Source: Chrysochromulina tobinii
Taxonomy: Eukaryota
Direction of reading: 5' to 3'
DNA length: 56,797 bases
Assembly: GCA_001275005.1 (NCBI GenBank)
Contig: JWZX01003397.1
Location: 1-56,797 of the forward strand
The translations under genes were made by a program, and so were the position numbers. Below the pieces are notes generated by a model. It worked only from the letters and a program-made list of their open reading frames with translations, made no database searches and had not been told where the DNA came from. Shown here in pieces: positions 52,129-56,797 of the stretch (positions within the stretch are counted from its first letter, which is position 1; every line of letters begins with the position of its first letter).

Positions 52129-54432
52129 ATGGATGCAATTTGTGGTCGGCCCGGTGACTACTCTCTCGAGGACTCGACCTGCCTATGCCGTCCGAGCTAC
52201 CGCTTCGAAGGCATCAGCCTGGAGCACGGCACACTTGGCATCGTGCAGCTGGCCAAGGCCGCGTATCTGATCGTGTGGCTGCGCATGCATCGACGTGGTG
52301 CGGTACATGACAGCTCCGAGCACAGCAGCCTGATGGTGCTGCCCGTGTACGCACGCTTCCTCAAGTTCGAGGTATGGAACTGCGTGGTTTGGGGCATCTT
52401 TATGGTGTGCCAGGCTTGGTACGACCAGAAGATGCCGAGGGAGATCACACGGCTTGAAACGGCCGTGCTGCAACTCTGTCGGTACGTGAGCACATTCACT
52501 TGGGCCTTCTACACGGAAGGCGTTTTCCTCTTCATGTGCTCCGATTCGGCGGGCGCCGAGTCACTCCGCACGTCAGTACGCGTTGGCGCGTTGTGGGCGT
52601 CGCTCCTTGCGGCAGGCTGCGCGCTGCTCTGGCTGCGGTGGGCAGGCTGCTCGACGCCACCCGAGCACTGGCTGCTGCAACTCTTTTGGGTGGGCGCGTG
52701 GGTGCCCTACTGGATGCGGCTCGTGCTAATGCTACCGCTGTATTCCACGGCCGCGCTCGTGCTCGCGGTGCGCCAGCGACAGCTCGCCTGGGAACGTGGC
52801 GCGCTGCCGCTCGCGCTCTTTCATGCATCGTCGGCCTTGCTCTTTGTGCTGCCCAAGATGGCGCTGGGAGTCTTCACCTCGTCGTGGCTTGTATCGGATG
52901 CGATCGCCTTGCCGCTCGCCTGGATCGCGTACACGCCCTTCCTCACATGGGTGCTCGCGCGCGACTCCCGCTACTGGTCGCGCTGCGGCTTCACCGCATG
53001 CCTAATGGGCGACGCCACGGCCGGCAGGGTGGCCACTGCTCCGCACCGTGTGCCGCTGCTTGCTGCGCGTTCGTCGGGCAGCGGCTTTGCACCTCGCTTC
53101 ATCATCGTCGACCCGTCCAAGTTGCGCTTCGGCGTGCGTATAGGGCAAGGGTCCTCGTCGATCGTCTCGGCGGCTACTCTCTACGGCGAATTGGTGGCAG
53201 TCAAACAAATGGAGGTGAGTCGGCTCACGCGCGAGTTCGCCTCGATGTTCCTCACCGAGGCAGAATGCCTCTCGCACTGCCGGCACCCACACATCGTGCG
53301 ATTCGTGGGCGGGTGTGTGGCACCACCACTCGTGTGCCTCGTGATGGAGCAGTGCGAGTCCTCGGTACATCGGCTGGTGCACCCGCGCCGCTCGGCGGCC
53401 GCGCGCCACATGCGCCTCGCGCCGCTACCCGACAAGGTGGTGTGCGAGCTGCTGCGTGGCGTCGTGTCGGGCATGGCCTTCCTGCATGACGTGATGGGCA
53501 TCACGCACGGCGACCTCAAACCGCTCAATATGCTGCTGCGTGGCAACTGCGTGAAGCTGTGCGACTTCGGATCGTCGCGCCTTCTGCAACACGACTTGTC
53601 CGAGCTCGCCTTCTCGGCCACACTGCCCTACATGGCGCCCGAGCTCCTCGTGCCCGCATCCAGTACAGCGTCCAATACAGCGTCCAGTACAGCGTCCAGT
53701 ACAGCGTCCAGTACAGCGCCCATACCCAGCGCCGCAACGGCCTCTGCGGCCCGTGGCAGCGCAGATGGTGAGGGCCGTAGCTTGGCGGGAGCGGCGGCGA
53801 CGGCGGCCCCGAATGCAGAGCGGCTCAAAGCGGGACTTAAGGCAGGCTCTGGCGTTGGGTACGCGATCGACGTGTACAGCTTCGGCGTGTGCGTCTGGGA
53901 AATATGTGTGCGCGAGTACCCTTGGCACGCGCTGCTCGAGGCTGGCAAGGTGGACGAGCTCAAGCGCCGTGTGGGCACGCTCGCTGATCGGCCGGAGGAG
54001 GAACACGACGACCCGATCCCGATCACGCCGCCCCTACGCGCACTCATTGAGGCGTGCTGGCGACAGGAGCCCTCAGAACGCCCCGCCTTCAGGCAGCTCG
54101 ATACTCTGGACTTCGAGGTCATCAGCCGCGGGGGTCCCGCCGCCCTTCGGCTCATCGCTCAGGCGGTCGGCCAACCGTCATCGTCGCTCCTTCCGCCCAG
54201 CTTCACAGATGTGGAGAGCATCTACCAGGGGCCTTTGCCGCCTTTGCCGCCTTTGCCGCCTTTGCCGTCTTTACCGCCGCCGCCGCCGCTGCCGCCGCTG
54301 AACGCGCTCACTGCCGTTGCAGAGAACGCGGGCAGATCGCCAGTGTGCCAGTCCGCCTATCTTCGCGCTGACAGCCCGGGGCGAATTCCCCGCATATCTT
54401 CGCCGGATGAGAGCTTCATGGTTGGTCGATGA
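52129..54432 (+). CDS. Seven-transmembrane (GPCR-like) domain fused to a tyrosine-kinase-like (TKL) protein kinase
   Basis: About 7 hydrophobic helices ending LARDSRYW, then kinase motifs IGQGSSSIV, VAVK, HPHIVRFVG, HGDLKPLN, DFG, YMAPE, DVYSFG and CWRQEPSERP. Confidence 0.85.
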   Translation: MDAICGRPGDYSLEDSTCLCRPSYRFEGISLEHGTLGIVQLAKAAYLIVWLRMHRRGAVHDSSEHSSLMVLPVYARFLKFEVWNCVVWGIFMVCQAWYDQKMPREITRLETAVLQLCRYVSTFTWAFYTEGVFLFMCSDSAGAESLRTSVRVGALWASLLAAGCALLWLRWAGCSTPPEHWLLQLFWVGAWVPYWMRLVLMLPLYSTAALVLAVRQRQLAWERGALPLALFHASSALLFVLPKMALGVFTSSWLVSDAIALPLAWIAYTPFLTWVLARDSRYWSRCGFTACLMGDATAGRVATAPHRVPLLAARSSGSGFAPRFIIVDPSKLRFGVRIGQGSSSIVSAATLYGELVAVKQMEVSRLTREFASMFLTEAECLSHCRHPHIVRFVGGCVAPPLVCLVMEQCESSVHRLVHPRRSAAARHMRLAPLPDKVVCELLRGVVSGMAFLHDVMGITHGDLKPLNMLLRGNCVKLCDFGSSRLLQHDLSELAFSATLPYMAPELLVPASSTASNTASSTASSTASSTAPIPSAATASAARGSADGEGRSLAGAAATAAPNAERLKAGLKAGSGVGYAIDVYSFGVCVWEICVREYPWHALLEAGKVDELKRRVGTLADRPEEEHDDPIPITPPLRALIEACWRQEPSERPAFRQLDTLDFEVISRGGPAALRLIAQAVGQPSSSLLPPSFTDVESIYQGPLPPLPPLPPLPSLPPPPPLPPLNALTAVAENAGRSPVCQSAYLRADSPGRIPRISSPDESFMVGR
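53660..53718 (+). repeat. 12-bp coding tandem repeat (STAS, about 5 copies) inside the kinase domain
   Basis: ccagtacagcgt repeated directly after the APE motif. Confidence 0.85.
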
Positions 54433-55362
54433 CGTTGACGAGCCGACTCAGCCGAGCAACCGACTGCCGAGCGCTGATGAATCCCTGGTACCGACCGACA
54501 TTTGGCCGACATTGTAATTCGGTGACGAGGCGCTAACGAAGCGGCAGGGCGCCGGGGAGCGAGTAGGCTACCCAGGAGGCGCGCGCCCGCGCGGGCGGCG
54601 CACCCGATGCCTTACCGATGCCTCGACCCGCATCGCCCGCGGACAACCGCACCGTGAACGGAAAGTGAACGGACGACGTGAGACGTTGGTTACGGTGTCG
54701 TTCGGCCCGCGCTTCCCGGCCGCCGTAGGTCCGTTGTTTCCGCCTCTGCCCTTTCGCCCCCGCGTTCCCCGGGGAAGTCCCCGGCGCGGGGCCCGAGTAG
54801 GGCTCCCCGAGGGGCCGGTGCAGACCGGCACGCGGCAGTGCGGGACGACGCCAGTCGCCAGAAGCAGAACGCAGAAGATCGTGTAACATTAGTCATTACA
54901 TACGTTATTCATAAATTATACCCCGTAATATGCGTTTTGACCTGCCGACATACGAGAGCGACTACAATGCGAAGATGTCCATGCACCGTGCTTCGTTTGA
55001 GGCGCGCGTAGCAGAGTGTGTCTCAGCGGAGCTCCTGGGAGGCGTTCTGACAGCCGTTATTCGTCATGGAGTTGGAGAGCAGGTGTTTCAGCGCGCGCCG
55101 AAACAGCATGATTGGAAAAGAACGACGACCGTGCGAGAATCGTGCTGGGACCGCGCGCGCATGGTTTGATTCCATGTGGCTCGACGCCTCGTCGTCGAAT
55201 GAGCGCCCCGATCCTGTCCTCCCCTGTGCCAGTGCCGTCCGTGGCGCGAGAGCACTCCACCTTGCTGAATCTTCTGAATCCGTAACCTGCTGTATCTGAA
55301 GTCTGCTCTGTAGTTGGCGCTGCTGAACCCCACACCAAACCCGCGGGCCGATCGCTAGGTGA

Positions 55363-56797
55363 TCACTGGGTTTTCCCCTTGCCGTCGGCATTCAGGCCGG
55401 CGGTCAGCGCACGCAGTTGGCTCGCCATGGACGTGGACGCGGGCGTGGCGGGCACAGGCTCGGGTACCACCCGGCTGCTCTTGCTGCCAAGGGCACGGAC
55501 AAATGGCGACACACCCGAGCCCGCGTCGCCCTCGACTGGCGGCGAGTCTGAAGGATCAGCCTTAAACGGCGACACGGGAGAAGAGGAGGGCTGAGCGCGT
55601 TCTGCTGGGGCGTAGAGCTCCTTTGGCGCCTTTTTGCCAGTGAGGCTGCTCATGAGCTTAGCGGTCGCAGCGGCGCGCTTCTGCTCGACGGCGTTGAGCA
55701 CTTTGGACTCTCTGAGTTCCTTGGTCACGATCGCCTGGGCCATATCCTGGCCCGTGGCTTTTGCGGTGCGCTTGACAACAAACTCCTTCCCCTCCTCAGT
55801 CATGCGGCGCACGTTGGCCTTTCGCTTGAGCGCCGTGCGCACCAGCTTCATGCTGCGGTCGCGCGTCGAACGCATGAAGGGTGCGCGAACCAGAAAATAA
55901 CCGAGGACCTTGAGGCCGATAAGGAAGAGCATGGGTGGCAGCACGGCGCGCCAGTAGATCAGGATCGTGCGCAAGAGCCCTGTCTTGCCCATCTCCGTCT
56001 TGAACTCGTTCACGCATTCGAAGGAGGTCGGCAGCGCGCGCCCGAGCGGCAGCGGCCTCCATGCATCTGTGTAGTCGTTCCAGTTGTTCGTGGGCGTGGG
56101 CTCGTAGTAGTCGACGATCGAGTACTGGTCGTTGGCCGGGATAAAGCGTTGGCAGCCGGGGCCCCACGACTGGTTGACCTCGGTGCGGTGCTCGCGGCCG
56201 CCCCGCGTCTCGCACGGGAGGAGCTCGTCGCACTCGGGGTACAGGAAGCGCAGCCCGTCGGCGTCGTCCATGGTTGGGCACGTTTGACGTGGCCACCCAT
56301 TGTAGAGCCCCTCTGGAAGGGGCTGGTTCATCACTGAGGCCTCCGCGGGCTTCGAGCCGTATGTCAGGGGGAGGATCCTGACGCCCTGCGTCGGGTGCGA
56401 GCAGTTGTAGCCCCGTTCGCGTTGCGCAAGGCTCTGGAAGATGAATTGCGGCGGCGGCGCCGGCGGCGGCGTATTGAACGGCGGTGGCGGGGCGGGGGGT
56501 GCTCTCGGCTTGAGCGGCGGCGGGCGAGGCGGCGGCGAGGGCGGCGGCGGCCGGCGCGGAACTGGCGGCGGCGGTGGCATTCTAGGGCTCGGTGGAGGCG
56601 GCGACCTGATCCAGGGACGTAGTGGCGAGGGTGGTGGAGGCGAGGGTGGAGGTGGCGACGGCGGTGGAGACGGCGGTGGTGGAGGACACGGACTCGGTGG
56701 CGGCCTCCTCGGCCCAGGGACGAGGGGCGGGTCGGGCGGCGGCGGCATCGGCGGCGGCGGCGACGGCGGTGGCGGCGGTCTGGGCGGCGGCGCGGGC
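55363..56797 (-). CDS. Proline-rich (SPPPP, extensin-like) single-pass cell-surface protein, 5' partial
   Basis: Poly-Pro tracts run off the right edge; Cys-containing ectodomain; TM VLPPMLFLIGLKVLGYFLV; basic cytoplasmic tail. Confidence 0.75.
   Translation of the reverse strand, partial: PAPPPRPPPPPSPPPPMPPPPDPPLVPGPRRPPPSPCPPPPPSPPPSPPPPSPPPPSPLRPWIRSPPPPSPRMPPPPPVPRRPPPPSPPPRPPPLKPRAPPAPPPPFNTPPPAPPPQFIFQSLAQRERGYNCSHPTQGVRILPLTYGSKPAEASVMNQPLPEGLYNGWPRQTCPTMDDADGLRFLYPECDELLPCETRGGREHRTEVNQSWGPGCQRFIPANDQYSIVDYYEPTPTNNWNDYTDAWRPLPLGRALPTSFECVNEFKTEMGKTGLLRTILIYWRAVLPPMLFLIGLKVLGYFLVRAPFMRSTRDRSMKLVRTALKRKANVRRMTEEGKEFVVKRTAKATGQDMAQAIVTKELRESKVLNAVEQKRAAATAKLMSSLTGKKAPKELYAPAERAQPSSSPVSPFKADPSDSPPVEGDAGSGVSPFVRALGSKSSRVVPEPVPATPASTSMASQLRALTAGLNADGKGKTQ

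Noticed and set aside
54930..55391. Short ORFs downstream of the Pro-rich gene
   Set aside because: No motifs. The minus ORF might be an extra exon, but I found no convincing splice sites.

Overview
Gene-dense, GC-rich eukaryotic nuclear DNA with spliceosomal GT-AG introns. It is most likely from a flagellated haptophyte alga (Prymnesiophyceae). This is an inference from signal-peptide-bearing plastid proteins, GTGCGC/GTGAG donors and introns filled with 10-bp tandem repeats. I read about 27 protein-coding genes. They include L2HGDH, EF-hand proteins, an ARM-repeat protein, plastid FKBP and PrfB, a filamin-repeat protein, kinesin-2, a DoxX-like protein, a cyanobacterial-type ArsC, PLAC8, importin-7/8, an alpha/beta-hydrolase-NT5C3 fusion, a cNMP-AGC kinase, a TTLL5-like glutamylase next to TPGS1, a MORN protein and a 7TM-TKL kinase. 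I found no rRNA, tRNA or CRISPR. The most interesting signals are: (1) introns made of 10-bp repeat arrays and flanked by direct repeats of their own splice junction, a candidate intron-generating mechanism; (2) TTLL5 adjacent to TPGS1; (3) a cyanobacterial glutaredoxin-type arsenate reductase; (4) a GPCR-like-kinase fusion and a hydrolase-HAD fusion; (5) eight tight head-to-head gene pairs and a recurrent intergenic TACATGTA palindrome. All family calls come from motif recognition by eye; no database searches were run.
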